From assembly GCA_963845065.1 (NCBI GenBank), contig CAWJQQ010000001.1, positions 64,001-128,000 on the forward strand: a stretch of 64,000 bases of DNA, read 5' to 3'. Numbering within the stretch: position 1 is the stretch's first letter; the number at the start of each line of letters is the position of its first letter. Positions 1 through 10,680 of the stretch are shown here, piece by piece. Source of the stretch: Nitrospirota bacterium. Its GTDB lineage: Bacteria > Nitrospirota > UBA9217. The notes beneath the pieces were generated by a model. It saw nothing but the letters and a program-made list of their open reading frames with translations. It had not been told where the DNA came from and searched no databases. A program made the translations under genes and the position numbers.

Positions 1-2
1 CC

Positions 3-704
3 ATGCTGGAATCACTGGAGAAATGTGGGTCAAAACGAACGCTCCATGAGGTCTACGGTCTGTTCTATGGCTGTATCTCTACGCCGCATATGGACCGGCC
101 GTCGGACTATCTGGACCTTATTCTCGGCCGAGAGGACAGTAAGCCTTTCGCGTCCCTGAACGATGCAAACAGGACGTTGGGAAACATCATGTCTCTTTGG
201 GATTTTATTGCGAGCTGGAAACCGGAACAGGGAGAGTATTTCTATCCTGATACGGAATACCCTGTAACGCTAGACGGCTTGAAACAATCTATTATGGACC
301 ATCTTGCGTTCATGAATTATTTCGTCAAAGGGCTGGATCTAGGCGGACTGCAGGAGCCTGACATTACCGAGGACGTCAAAATTGCGTTAAAGGATCTGGC
401 AACGGCAAGCACAGTGCAGAAAAAGATGCTGGAGTTGCTTGCGCGAGATAAAACAGCCAGGGATAGCGATATAGCCGAGTCGAGGAAGCATGTTGCACAA
501 CTTGAGGAAGTGATGATCCATTGTATCGCGAGAATCAATTCGAACCTCCTTGAATCCAGAATGGCCAAGGCAGAGGGAAAGCGTGGGCCAGGACTCCCGG
601 GCGAAAAAATTACTCTCGCACGTACGGACAAGATACACCGCAATCAATTCTGTCCTTGCGGAAGCGGCAAGAAGTACAAAAAGTGCTGTGCCGGGAGCGC
701 GTGA
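3..704 (+). CDS. UPF0149/YecA-like protein with C-terminal SEC-C zinc motif (may be 5'-truncated by window edge)
   Basis: C-terminal RNQFCPCGSGKKYKKCC SEC-C motif. Confidence 0.8.
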   Translation: MLESLEKCGSKRTLHEVYGLFYGCISTPHMDRPSDYLDLILGREDSKPFASLNDANRTLGNIMSLWDFIASWKPEQGEYFYPDTEYPVTLDGLKQSIMDHLAFMNYFVKGLDLGGLQEPDITEDVKIALKDLATASTVQKKMLELLARDKTARDSDIAESRKHVAQLEEVMIHCIARINSNLLESRMAKAEGKRGPGLPGEKITLARTDKIHRNQFCPCGSGKKYKKCCAGSA

Positions 705-796
705 AGGCTAATCGATGTAATGGCGCAACAGGACGCAAGAGCATTTGAACAAACCAATGAGCCATTCGATAAACATTTACAAAGGATTGAAGCAAA

Positions 797-1378
797 ATGG
801 TGATTGATCCTGCCAGTGCAAACAGATTCATCATCGAGTATAAGCGGTTCCTTCTTTCGATTTACAAACGGGACGACCAGCAGGAGGAGCCTCTACGCAT
901 GGTTGATAAGCTGGCTTCAGCCAGACGCATGTTCATATCAAATCGGGGACTGCTTGACAATTATACAAGTACGTTGGAGGCTGGTATTGAACCCGTCGAT
1001 CGGAAGATTCTGCTCGCAATCAGAAACGTCGAATTTTCCAGATGGGTGTACCTGCGCGATTTGAAGGCATACTCAATTTTTCTTAAGGACGGCGGCGGTT
1101 CCGGATATGGTGTTCTTGGTTTGACGGATGAGATCAATGTTTTGACCGGCGGCGCTGGTGTAGTCCTGGAGACAGGTGTATTCGCCTTAGATGATCACTA
1201 TGTGTGCGACGGATTGATAACAAGTCTCATTCACCTTGGTCCGAACTATAGAAAGAGCTTCAATGATCTTCATAAAAACCTGCGTGCATCCGGCAGGTTC
1301 CTGACAAATCCTATTTTGTCGCCACGACCGCTGTTAGAGGAAGCCGCCCTGCACGAAAGCAACAACATTGCGCCATGA
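797..1378 (+). CDS. hypothetical protein
   Basis: 193-aa ORF, stop overlaps next start (ATGA). Confidence 0.6.
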   Translation: MVIDPASANRFIIEYKRFLLSIYKRDDQQEEPLRMVDKLASARRMFISNRGLLDNYTSTLEAGIEPVDRKILLAIRNVEFSRWVYLRDLKAYSIFLKDGGGSGYGVLGLTDEINVLTGGAGVVLETGVFALDDHYVCDGLITSLIHLGPNYRKSFNDLHKNLRASGRFLTNPILSPRPLLEEAALHESNNIAP

Positions 1379-1749
1379 GCATTAATCACAACGATTTGGT
1401 CCAGCAAATACAGAAAACATCTGCGATATTACTGGAGGAGAAGGGCTATGTCAACTTCGTGGATGTCCTCATGCGCATGGGGAGATTGCGGAAGGAAGAT
1501 TACGATGACTGGAGATTCGGCAGAATGTCTTGTCTTGAGCGTGTTATCACGGTGAATCTGGCGAAGATCAATCAGTTGCTTCGGGCATTTCAGCAGCACG
1601 CGCGAGCCAGCGGTCTAACCCCGAGTAAAACAGTGTACCTTTCGTGGGGCAAGGGGCGAAAAAGGCAACTCAGATTTTCAAAGTTTGGAACACCGGATAT
1701 CGAGGAGGTCTATGCCACGCACTTTCTGAAACCGAAAGAGGGCGAGTGA
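1375..1749 (+). CDS. hypothetical protein
   Basis: 124-aa ORF translationally coupled on both sides. Confidence 0.6.
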   Translation: MSINHNDLVQQIQKTSAILLEEKGYVNFVDVLMRMGRLRKEDYDDWRFGRMSCLERVITVNLAKINQLLRAFQQHARASGLTPSKTVYLSWGKGRKRQLRFSKFGTPDIEEVYATHFLKPKEGE

Positions 1750-2150
1750 TGGATTTGGTAAAGATACACCGACCTTCAAGAAAGGGGAAAAAGCAAGAAA
1801 CGGCACGCGAACGGCGCATCTCCATGGAGATCGTCGTGGACGCATATGATGCCTGGGAGCAGGCAATTGGATGGTACTACTACATGGAGGACAATCTAAA
1901 GTTCCCGTTTCCGGCAGTGTGTATCAGAAAAAGAGCTATATCACCGCTGAAGCTCAGAGAGAAAGTGGAGGTTGTGGGAATGCCATCAGTGAACGAGTGC
2001 GAGAGGGAACTGTTCGTGGCCATCGCCTGGAACGATCGACGATTTGCGGTTCCGCTTGACCAGCTGCAGTGTGAATGCCATGACCGAAAAACAAAACAGG
2101 CTGTGGAAGACTGGCATTACTGGAGGAAGCAGGGTTATCAGTTTGGATAA
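1749..2150 (+). CDS. CcbP-like calcium-binding family protein
   Basis: RERRISMEIVVDAYD..GWYYY.EDNLKFPF ... QAVEDWHYW..QGYQF resembles Anabaena CcbP. Confidence 0.75.
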   Translation: MDLVKIHRPSRKGKKQETARERRISMEIVVDAYDAWEQAIGWYYYMEDNLKFPFPAVCIRKRAISPLKLREKVEVVGMPSVNECERELFVAIAWNDRRFAVPLDQLQCECHDRKTKQAVEDWHYWRKQGYQFG

Positions 2151-2193
2151 TGCCGGATACGCTGCTACAGGATTCGTGCAATAGGATACTTTC

Positions 2194-2610
2194 ATGAATT
2201 ATAAAGCGGCACGAGTACGCATCGCCAAGGTTTTCAATCAGGAGGAGGCTCCCGAGGTAAGCAGGGAAAGCCTGCAGGTCTATCGCTCCTATTTGCTTTC
2301 CCGCCTAGACAGACAAACTGTCCTCACCGGACGCGAAGATTTTCTCTGGGAGGAGTTCTACGTATTGGGTCCAGGCGACAGGACAGAATACGAGCAGTTA
2401 AAGAAAAATAGAGCATCATATACCGATACGTTCCTGTTGATTGATATTCCTGAAAGGCAGGCGGAAAAGCGTGATTTGATCGCGAGGGTGAAACGCTTGT
2501 CAGATGGGAAAACATTCGATATCGGCCTGTATTGGTTGACAGCAAAAAAGAAAAAGACGGAAACCTTTCAGTTGCTTGACGATTTTGCGACATGGTCGGT
2601 TAATTGGTAA
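2194..2610 (+). CDS. hypothetical protein (possibly CcbP-related)
   Basis: 138-aa ORF, TGREDFLWEEFY motif. Confidence 0.55.
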   Translation: MNYKAARVRIAKVFNQEEAPEVSRESLQVYRSYLLSRLDRQTVLTGREDFLWEEFYVLGPGDRTEYEQLKKNRASYTDTFLLIDIPERQAEKRDLIARVKRLSDGKTFDIGLYWLTAKKKKTETFQLLDDFATWSVNW

Positions 2611-2884
2611 AGAGGGAGCAAGTGATATGTCAAGGCTGTAGTGAACGCGAGAAGAAATTGAAGGTATCATCCTGAAACTTGCTTCCGAAATGGACCTCGG
2701 AAATATTCTTGAGCTTCATTGATGCCGTTCAGAAATAGGGTTATACATAACGATAGATACAGGCTAGCCTGAATTTGTATTACTTAACGATTTGTACTCT
2801 TGTGCGAGGTAAGACGTAGCACAAAATAAAAGACCCGACACGTAAGTCTTCCATAAATCTCCCAGACGAGGCTTTTCAGATCAG

Positions 2885-4816
2885 ATGAAGTTAGCGTGGG
2901 GAAAGGAACAATATTATCGCGAGGAAAAAGCTTTGAACGCATCCCATTCCGAAACACCATCACAACGCAATATCTCGATACATCATGCCCTCCAGATGGT
3001 TTTTGGATTTAATTCATTTCGGCCGAACCAAGAAGATATCATCAAGTCGATCCTCGAGAAGCGGGATGTCTTCGCCGTCATGCCGACGGGTGGCGGCAAA
3101 TCAATGTGCTACCAGCTTCCGTCGGTGCTGATGGAGGGGACAGCTGTTGTGATCAGTCCTCTAATCTCCCTGATGAAAGACCAGGTGGATGCGGCAAAGG
3201 AAAACGGCATCGTGGCTGCGTTCATGAACAGCTCGCTCGATGCGGATGAGATGTCATCCGTTATCCGCAGGCTCAAGGCCAATACGATCAAGCTCCTTTA
3301 CATCGCGCCCGAGCGGTTCGCCATGCCGCATTTCGTGGAGATGCTGAAAGAACTGCCCTTGTCGCTTTTTGCCATTGATGAGGCACATTGCATATCGGAG
3401 TGGGGACATGACTTTAGACCTGATTACCTCTCCCTGTCGGGCATCTCTGCCATGTTCCCTGGCGTTCCCGTTGCCGCCTTTACGGCCACAGCAACAGAAA
3501 AGGTGCAACTGGACATCATTCGGAAGATCGGCCTGAGGAACCCTCATTGCGTGAGAGCATCCTTCAATCGTCCCAACCTCTTATATCAGGTTGCCCCGAA
3601 AACTGAGCTTTCTCAGCAACTCCTCGAATTTCTGAAGGACCATGAGGGTGAAGCCGGCATTATTTACCGCACCACGAGAGACTCAGTCACAGCGACCGCC
3701 GATTTCCTTTCGACCCACGGCATAAAGGCGCTTCCCTACCATGCTGGATTATCGGCGGATGTACGTGACAGGAACCAGGAAGCTTTCAACAGGGATGAGG
3801 TCTCGGTTATCGTCGCTACGATCGCCTTCGGCATGGGCATCGACAAGTCCAATGTCCGGTTCGTGGTACACGCCGATCTTCCGAAACATATCGAGGCCTA
3901 CTATCAGGAGACGGGTCGCGCCGGGCGCGACGGAGAACCGGCTCATTGCCTGCTTTTTTTCAGCCGTGGCGACATCCCGAGGATACGCTATTTTATCGAC
4001 AAAATAGGGGATGATGCCGAGCGATCAATCGCCCTTGAGAAACTGAACCAGACTGTGCGCTTCGCCTCCCATAATGTTTGCAGACGAAAACAGCTTCTCG
4101 CTTTTTTCGGTGAAACCTATCCCGCAGACAACTGCGGCACCTGCGACATCTGCACCGGCAACGTCAATAGAACAGACATCACGACCGATGCGCGGATACT
4201 CATGTCCGCCATGGCGCGGACGAATGAACGCTTCGGCATCAACCATGTCATGGATGTCGTCATCGGCGCGGACACAAAGCGCGTGCGTGAACTCGGGCAT
4301 CACGCCATCAAGACCTTCGGAGCGGGCAGACACGGTGACAAAAACCACTGGCGGTTCATTATCGACGAACTTCTTGCACAAGAATTGATCGTTCAGGACG
4401 GCGATCGCTACCCGGTGCTGAAACTTACGACCAGGGGCAGGGCTGCGCTCACAGGAACGGATCAGGTTTTTGGGTTGAAACGCGAAGTGGGGACTGTCGC
4501 CGAGCGACGCAGGAAAAGCACTGAGGCCGGTCCATTTGATGTTTCGCTTTTTGAGAGGCTTCGGATTGTTCGAAAACGTCTTGCCGAGGCCAACGAAGTA
4601 CCTCCGTATATTATATTTTCAGATAAGACCCTTCATGAAATGTCTCGACAATTTCCCGTTACTTCCGCCGAAATGAGGCGGGTTCATGGGGTTGGCGACG
4701 TCAAACTGGAGCGGTATGGTGATGATTTTGTTAGGGAGATAAAAGCATACGTTGACGATAATCCCGGCATTCAAGACCGGAGTAAGCGAATGAGTGGCAA
4801 AGAGCGAAGACCATGA
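2885..4816 (+). CDS. recQ: ATP-dependent DNA helicase RecQ
   Basis: MPTGGGKS, DEAHC, QETGRAGRDG, Zn-binding CRR..CGTCDIC, RQC and HRDC domains; true start may be downstream. Confidence 0.95.
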   Translation: MKLAWGKEQYYREEKALNASHSETPSQRNISIHHALQMVFGFNSFRPNQEDIIKSILEKRDVFAVMPTGGGKSMCYQLPSVLMEGTAVVISPLISLMKDQVDAAKENGIVAAFMNSSLDADEMSSVIRRLKANTIKLLYIAPERFAMPHFVEMLKELPLSLFAIDEAHCISEWGHDFRPDYLSLSGISAMFPGVPVAAFTATATEKVQLDIIRKIGLRNPHCVRASFNRPNLLYQVAPKTELSQQLLEFLKDHEGEAGIIYRTTRDSVTATADFLSTHGIKALPYHAGLSADVRDRNQEAFNRDEVSVIVATIAFGMGIDKSNVRFVVHADLPKHIEAYYQETGRAGRDGEPAHCLLFFSRGDIPRIRYFIDKIGDDAERSIALEKLNQTVRFASHNVCRRKQLLAFFGETYPADNCGTCDICTGNVNRTDITTDARILMSAMARTNERFGINHVMDVVIGADTKRVRELGHHAIKTFGAGRHGDKNHWRFIIDELLAQELIVQDGDRYPVLKLTTRGRAALTGTDQVFGLKREVGTVAERRRKSTEAGPFDVSLFERLRIVRKRLAEANEVPPYIIFSDKTLHEMSRQFPVTSAEMRRVHGVGDVKLERYGDDFVREIKAYVDDNPGIQDRSKRMSGKERRP

Positions 4817-4962
4817 GATTAGGTAGATATAGGGGTACTAAGATACACGTTTATCTATTGATTAATTTGTTTGACCAAAAGCCTTTCAACTCCGCAAGCC
4901 CCTGGCTTTAGACATGGGGATAGGAGTTGTATTATACAACTATTTGCTGTATAATATGCTGT

Positions 4963-5367
4963 ATGATTGATAAAAAGACGTATAAGTCCAATAATAATGT
5001 AGTTTACAGCTGTAAATATCATGTTGTGTGGTGTCCTAAGTACCGGAAGAGCGTGTTGACCGGCAGTATCGCCGGACGGTTGAAAGCAATTATCAGGGAT
5101 GTGGTTTCCGAGAGAAAATCTGAAATTATTGAGATGGAGATAATGCCGGATCACGTACATTTACTTGTAGAGGTTGATCCGCAGTATGGCATTCATCGGC
5201 TAGTCAAGCAGATAAAGGGCAGAAGCTCCAGACTGCTTCGTTCAGAATTCAAGGTTCTCCGGACCCGGATTCCAACACTTTGGACCAACAGCTACTTTGT
5301 TTCTACCGTTGGTGGGGCGCCGTTGGCAGTTATCAAACAATATATTGAACACCAGAAAGTTGTTTAA
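4963..5367 (+). CDS. tnpA: IS200-type HUH (Y1) transposase
   Basis: YHVVWCPKYR, DHVHLL (HUH), LWTNSYF, catalytic Y in IKQYIEHQ. Confidence 0.95.
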   Translation: MIDKKTYKSNNNVVYSCKYHVVWCPKYRKSVLTGSIAGRLKAIIRDVVSERKSEIIEMEIMPDHVHLLVEVDPQYGIHRLVKQIKGRSSRLLRSEFKVLRTRIPTLWTNSYFVSTVGGAPLAVIKQYIEHQKVV

Positions 5368-5379
5368 TCAGGGAGTTGT

Positions 5380-6897
5380 ATGGGAAAGAAAACAACACCA
5401 TCGTTTATCCATGAATTGTCTCTTCTGGTCAGTACATCTCAGGAGAGGATACTCCTCATGCGCATGGACGTGGCCCGGCAACTTTACAATGCCTGTCTCG
5501 GCGAATCTCTCAAACGCCTGGATCTCATGCGGGAATCCAAGCAATATCAAAAGGCACGCATTATACCCTATAAGGATAAGGGATTGCGTTCCAATGCATT
5601 TAAGGCTGTGAATGAGAAGTTCGGTTTTTCAGCATACAGCTTGCACAAGTATGCTGGCGCGGCAAAGAACGCCTGCCATATCGGTGATCACCTGGATGTT
5701 CATACTGTCCAGAAAATCGCCACCCGGGCGTTTGATGCTGTCCAAAAATATGCGTTCAATAAAAGAGGCAGACCAAGGTTCAAAGGCAAGCATCAACTCT
5801 TAAGTGTTGAATCCAAGAGCAACGCCGCTGGCATACGTTTCCGCACAGACGAAAAGCAAAGCCGTATCGAGTGGATTGGTCTTGAACTGCCCTGCTTATT
5901 CGACAAAAAAGACAAGCATGGCGTGCAGGCCCACGCCCTTTCCTGTAGGACAAAATATGTAAGGCTGGTCTGCAGGCGGATGCGCAGTAAAAACTACTTC
6001 TACGCCCAGCTAGTGCAGGAAGGGCTGCCGAAGCAGAAAACCAAAAACATCATCTCTGATGGTACAATCGCCCTGGATCTCGGCCCGTCTACGTATGCTA
6101 TTTATACTCATGGCTACGCCGATCTTCAGCAGTTTTGTAAAGAGCTGGAACCGCTCGAAAAGACCATTAAACGATTGCAACGGGCGCTCGATCGGTCACG
6201 AAGGGCCACAAACTCTGGGAATTATAACGCCGATGGCACAGTTAAAAAGGGTGCCAAGACTTGGACCAATTCAAAGAACTATCAGACGATACGGACCGCA
6301 GTATCAGAACTTCACCGGAAACAAGCCGCGCAGAGAAAATCTCTTCATGGCAAGCTAACCAATGAAGTTTTAACACTGGGAAATCACATTAATCTTGAAA
6401 CACTAAGCTACAAATCATTGCAGCGCAATTTTGGTAAAAGCGTGGGCTTAAGGGCACCGGGAACCTTTGTATCAATGCTTTCTCGCAAGGCTGAGAGTGC
6501 CGGCGGAAAAGTGATTGAACTCCCGACTCGAAAACTCAGGCTGTCTCAAACCTGCCATTGCGGAACAGTAAAGAAAAAACCGCTCTCGCAGCGGCAACAT
6601 GTTTGTGAATGCGGAGTAGCAGCCCAACGGGACCTCTATTCCGCATATCTTGCGTATCACGTTCAAGACGGTGTTCTCGATACGGCTGAGGCAAGTAGAT
6701 ACTGGCCGGGTGCGGAACCGCTCCTTAAGCAGGCGGTATCGAGATTGCAGCAGCAATCTGCGAATGTGAGGAGTGCTTTTCCTCACACCTTCGGTCTCAA
6801 ACAACGTACTCGTTTGGGCCGGAGACAGAGCGGATCGCCTGTGAAAGAAGACCATGCCAAGATCGATGTCCGGGAAGTTGTAGCTGCTGGCATTTAA
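5380..6897 (+). CDS. tnpB: RNA-guided endonuclease TnpB
   Basis: RuvC D (ALDLG), E (NLETL), D (QRDLYSA); Zn finger CHCG/CECG. Confidence 0.92.
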   Translation: MGKKTTPSFIHELSLLVSTSQERILLMRMDVARQLYNACLGESLKRLDLMRESKQYQKARIIPYKDKGLRSNAFKAVNEKFGFSAYSLHKYAGAAKNACHIGDHLDVHTVQKIATRAFDAVQKYAFNKRGRPRFKGKHQLLSVESKSNAAGIRFRTDEKQSRIEWIGLELPCLFDKKDKHGVQAHALSCRTKYVRLVCRRMRSKNYFYAQLVQEGLPKQKTKNIISDGTIALDLGPSTYAIYTHGYADLQQFCKELEPLEKTIKRLQRALDRSRRATNSGNYNADGTVKKGAKTWTNSKNYQTIRTAVSELHRKQAAQRKSLHGKLTNEVLTLGNHINLETLSYKSLQRNFGKSVGLRAPGTFVSMLSRKAESAGGKVIELPTRKLRLSQTCHCGTVKKKPLSQRQHVCECGVAAQRDLYSAYLAYHVQDGVLDTAEASRYWPGAEPLLKQAVSRLQQQSANVRSAFPHTFGLKQRTRLGRRQSGSPVKEDHAKIDVREVVAAGI

Positions 6898-7044
6898 GGT
6901 AGTGAAAGGTTGTAGCGGCTGGCCTTTGCAGTCGTGAGAGCCCGGAAGAGTAAATTGGATAAGGTTTTCAGAACCCCCTGGCTTCAGCCATGGGGAGGTT
7001 CAGATAATATTAGATGTGACATATGTTATTGGCAAGGTGTTGCC

Positions 7045-7350
7045 ATGAAAAAAGAAAAGATGAAAAATAAGGATGAAATCTTAAAAGTGCTCAAATCACT
7101 TCAAAGTGAACTTAAGAAATTCAAAGTGCGCGATATCGGTATTTTTGGCTCCGTGGTTCGGGGAGAACATACGCAGACGAGCGATATAGACCTTCTCGTT
7201 GACTTCGCAGATGATGCAGACCTTTTCGACCTCGTGGGTCTCGGACTGTTTCTCGAAGAAAAGCTCGGCCAGAAGGTGGATATAGTACCGAAGAAGTCCT
7301 TGAGAAAGGAACTTAGGGACAGGGTGCTCAAGGAAATCGTAACGGTATGA
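7045..7350 (+). CDS. minimal nucleotidyltransferase (MNT) antitoxin
   Basis: IFGSVVRGE..SDIDLLVDF motif. Confidence 0.9.
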   Translation: MKKEKMKNKDEILKVLKSLQSELKKFKVRDIGIFGSVVRGEHTQTSDIDLLVDFADDADLFDLVGLGLFLEEKLGQKVDIVPKKSLRKELRDRVLKEIVTV

Positions 7351-7627
7351 GAGAGTATAAACTATATCTACTCGACATTGTGGAAGCTATGGAGAGCGTC
7401 GAGCGCTTTGTCGAAGGAATGACCTTTGAGGAATTTCAGCGCGATGACACATCCCAGAGGAAATCAAACGACAATATCCCAATGTACCTTGGAAAGAGAT
7501 GTCAGGTATGAGGGACCGGCTGATTCATGCTTATTTCGGAGTGGATTACAGTCTTGTTTGGATCACCATTAAAAGTCGCATTTCGCTTGCAAAGCAGATG
7601 ATTCAAAAAGTTCTCTCTGAAAAATGA
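7347..7627 (+). pseudogene. HEPN (DUF86/HepT-like) toxin with internal deletion and frameshift
   Basis: MREYKLYLLDIVEAMESVERFVEGMTFEEFQRDD, then in another frame HIPEEIKRQYPNVPWKEMSGMRDRLIHAYFGVDY (RX4H); junction ~7449. Confidence 0.85.
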
Positions 7628-7784
7628 AAATCCGTTCTCTTTTAATAGTCGCTATGCGTTAAAAATGTTTAAACACGTTGAATGGAATATTTTTTTGACG
7701 ATGTTACTCCTGCCTTATTGCACTTGAACCCGTATCATAAAGCGGCCTACTCTCCTTGATATTATTTAAAAATTTGTATTGCTT

Positions 7785-7893
7785 TCCTGTTTGTGTCCTG
7801 CAAACGAAAAAAGCATTTGTGTATGATATGAATCTTTGCTTGGACGAAAAGGGTGACACTAGTGGATCCCCTTAAGATTTCATAAGCCGAAGT
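7785..7893 (+). repeat. att-like unit A1 (arm repeats + degenerate core)
   Basis: TCCTGTTTGTGTCCTG...AAGCATTTGTGT (as in A2) ... CCCCTTAAGAT-TTCATAA-GCCGAAG. Confidence 0.65.
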
Positions 7894-7969
7894 GATCCTT
7901 CGGATGATTTGTCATGTTTTCATATTTCCGATAGACTCTTGAGTTGCATGGACTGTGAGGAAAATAGTA

Positions 7970-8104
7970 CCCCTTAAGGCTCATAACCCGAAGGTCGAAG
8001 GTAAGAATCCGGCCCTCGCTACCAAATAATTCATGGGGTTACAGCTCTTACTGTAACCCCGTTCTTTTTTATCAGGACGGTATCAGGACAGTTTAAGGAC
8101 AGAT
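7970..8104 (+). repeat. att-like unit B1: core + degenerate tRNA-fMet 3' half + IHF-like box/hairpin + 3 arm repeats
   Basis: CCTTAAGG-CTCATAA-CCCGAAGG TCG...GCTACCA; GGGGTTACAG..CTGTAACCCC; ATCAGGACGG/ATCAGGACAG/TTAAGGACAG at 11-bp period. Confidence 0.85.
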
Positions 8105-8668
8105 AGAAACCCTCGCGGTTCAGCCATCCTGTCCGCAAATTTCTCCTACATGTTATCAACAGTACATATCGTAAAAATTGCTATCCGCTCATTAAAGATT
8201 TTACAAAAAAAGCGCTGTTAATGTGTCAGTAAGACCGGCTGAATCATGTAGAAACGCTAATGTTCTAAAATCTTCGATCGTAGCTTCTATCGAGTACCTG
8301 TGAATCCTTTTCTTCTCCATTTCCAGCTAATTACCGCTCCCTGAGATGAGTCTTATATTATGGCTTGATAAATCCATCCTTGCGGTAAGCTATTTTATAG
8401 CTGCCGCATCATTATTGAGTTAAAATATAGCCAGATCTTCGGTACGCTTAAAAAAATACTCACATTCTCGAATCAATCCGATAGGTTTAATTATCGCCGA
8501 CGCTCATCAATAAACTGTTGACTTACCTTTATGGACATGCTTAAATAATTCAACTTTATTTATTATTTTTTTATTACTGTTTTAGAATGAATAGAAACGA
8601 CGAACTGTATTGGTAAATGTGGTTTCGTAAACTCGATTCCGTCAATTATAATAAATAAGGGAAACGAC

Positions 8669-10102
8669 ATGGACCACGATTATATAAAGTATCTAAAAGA
8701 CCATCCAACCGTTAAGCTCCTCAGGATGGACAATTCACCTCTTATTATCAGTTTCTTTTTTCTTCAATTCAAGAAAAACAACCGAATTGTAATAACGAAT
8801 ACGGAGCTTACGACCAACCTCGCCGATTATCTCTACTCGCTGCGAGAAAAATACGGTGATGCTATATATACCGGTTCCGCGCAGGAGTATCTTACCACGT
8901 GGGCTAATGATGGCTTTCTGCGAAAATACTATCCTTCAGCCGGCGATGAGCCCGTTTACGAGCTTACCCCTGCAACTGAGAAAGCTCTGGACTGGATAAA
9001 AGACCTGGAAAAAAAGGAGTTCGTGGGCACGGAATCGCGCCTGTTGAGTATATTCGATTTGCTGCGGGAGATCGTTTATAAAAGCTCGGTTGATCCACAA
9101 CTAAGGCTTGAAGAGCTGACAAAGCAGAAGCAGGAAATTGATCAGGAAATTACAAAGCTAGAAGCCGGCGTTATCGAGCGGTTGAATGAGACGCAAATCA
9201 AAGAGCGTTTTATTGAAGTCCGCGACGCCGCGCGAAAACTGCTGGCTGATTTCCGGCAGATCGAGTACAACTTCAGGGAACTCGACCGCACAGTTCGCGA
9301 GAAACAGGTAGACAACAGCTTGAAAAAAGGAAAGCTCCTTGATGACGTGTTCAAAGGCCACGACCTTATTCGGGATACGGATCAAGGACGAAGTTTCAGG
9401 GCATTCTGGGAATTTCTGATGTCGCAGGCGAAACAAGACGAATTGGACCAGTTGATCGCGTCCGTAAACGAGCTACCAGAGATCCAGGAACTGAATGATG
9501 ACGAGTTCATTGATCGCCTCAAGGTTGGACTGATAGAGTCAGGAGATAAAGTCAATAAAACCAATCACCGCCTGATTGCACAGCTTAGAAAATATTTGGA
9601 TGACAAAGCCGCTCTCGAAAACAAGCGAATCATTGAGATCATCAGGGAGATCAAGAGCCTGGCCCTTCAGGTGAAGAATGAGCCGCCGAAGCTCAGGGAT
9701 TTTTTTGCGATGGACGGCAAACCGTCCGTAGATCTTATTATGGAGCGACCGCTTTGGGATGTTCCGAAAAATCCTGAGATCGCGGACACAGATTTTATAG
9801 ATGGGCGAGGCGATGCAATAGACGCTGGCATTTTGTACAAACAGATATTCATCGACCAGGAGGAATTGAAGGGACGGATTAAGGAATTGCTGAAGGTAAA
9901 TACGCAAGTATCCCTGCGCCAGATCTCCGAAGCCTACCCAATCGATAAGGGACTTGCAGAGGTTATCACATTCCTGAGCATCGCTTCAAAAGACAAGAAA
10001 GCGGCGATCAACAACGCAGTTCAGGAAAGCATCTCCGTGTCAAACAGGGAGACGAATCGGAAATTCGAGATCAATCTGCCGCAGGTGGTATTTTGTCGAT
10101 GA
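8669..10102 (+). CDS. jetA: Wadjet JetA (DUF3375)
   Basis: 477 aa; W..DGFLRKYY, FVGTESRL, QGRSFRAFWEFL motifs; first gene of a coupled 4-gene operon. Confidence 0.9.
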   Translation: MDHDYIKYLKDHPTVKLLRMDNSPLIISFFFLQFKKNNRIVITNTELTTNLADYLYSLREKYGDAIYTGSAQEYLTTWANDGFLRKYYPSAGDEPVYELTPATEKALDWIKDLEKKEFVGTESRLLSIFDLLREIVYKSSVDPQLRLEELTKQKQEIDQEITKLEAGVIERLNETQIKERFIEVRDAARKLLADFRQIEYNFRELDRTVREKQVDNSLKKGKLLDDVFKGHDLIRDTDQGRSFRAFWEFLMSQAKQDELDQLIASVNELPEIQELNDDEFIDRLKVGLIESGDKVNKTNHRLIAQLRKYLDDKAALENKRIIEIIREIKSLALQVKNEPPKLRDFFAMDGKPSVDLIMERPLWDVPKNPEIADTDFIDGRGDAIDAGILYKQIFIDQEELKGRIKELLKVNTQVSLRQISEAYPIDKGLAEVITFLSIASKDKKAAINNAVQESISVSNRETNRKFEINLPQVVFCR

Positions 10103-10680
10103 TGGACAAAAACTCCATACTACCTTATGCGCCTGTGATTATACGGCTTCTTCAGGGCGTGGCTTATGACGACAACCGGGAATTATGGAATGCGCTGATT
10201 GACCATCAGGTTCAGATCAAGGAATATTTTGATATCATCGGCGTCGATGTCCTGATTTATGAATCGGAAGGCTTTGCATTTTTGAAACAACGGCAGACCG
10301 ATGAAGACGCTGAAGTAGTCCTTCCCAATCTTATCGAAAGACGGCAACTCAGCTACCCGGTGACTCTTCTCTGCGTTCTCCTCGTTGAAAAATTGCTTGA
10401 ATTCGATGTGCGGGGTGGTGACTCAACAAGGCTTATCATGGACAAGGATGAGATCAAGGAGATGATCAGGATATTCCTTGCCGAGAAGACGAATGAGGCT
10501 CGTTTGTTGGACAGCCTTGATGCACATATTAACAAACTCGTTGAGTTCGGATTTTTGAGGAAACTGACTACATCTGAGGACAAATATGAAGTGAAGCGAA
10601 TATTAAAAGCCAAGATCACAGCCGACGCGCTTCAGGAAATAAAGCAGAGATTGGATACCTATGCAAAATCTAACTCTTGA
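10099..10680 (+). CDS. jetB: Wadjet JetB (DUF4194)
   Basis: ~193 aa, LI.RRQLS..VTLL motif, position in operon. Confidence 0.88.
   Translation: MMDKNSILPYAPVIIRLLQGVAYDDNRELWNALIDHQVQIKEYFDIIGVDVLIYESEGFAFLKQRQTDEDAEVVLPNLIERRQLSYPVTLLCVLLVEKLLEFDVRGGDSTRLIMDKDEIKEMIRIFLAEKTNEARLLDSLDAHINKLVEFGFLRKLTTSEDKYEVKRILKAKITADALQEIKQRLDTYAKSNS

Larger units (their letters stand above)
4876..7002 (+). mobile_element. IS200/IS605-family element (tnpA+tnpB)
   Basis: Matching subterminal hairpins CCCCTGGCTTTAGACATGGGG (~4899) and CCCCTGGCTTCAGCCATGGGG (~6975); TTGAC precedes the left end, right end finishes TTCA; exact ends inferred. Confidence 0.85.

Noticed and set aside
8035..8070. B-unit hairpin as merely a tRNA terminator
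   Set aside because: It may terminate transcription, but that does not explain the overlapping IHF-like box or the following arm repeats that recur inverted in A units.
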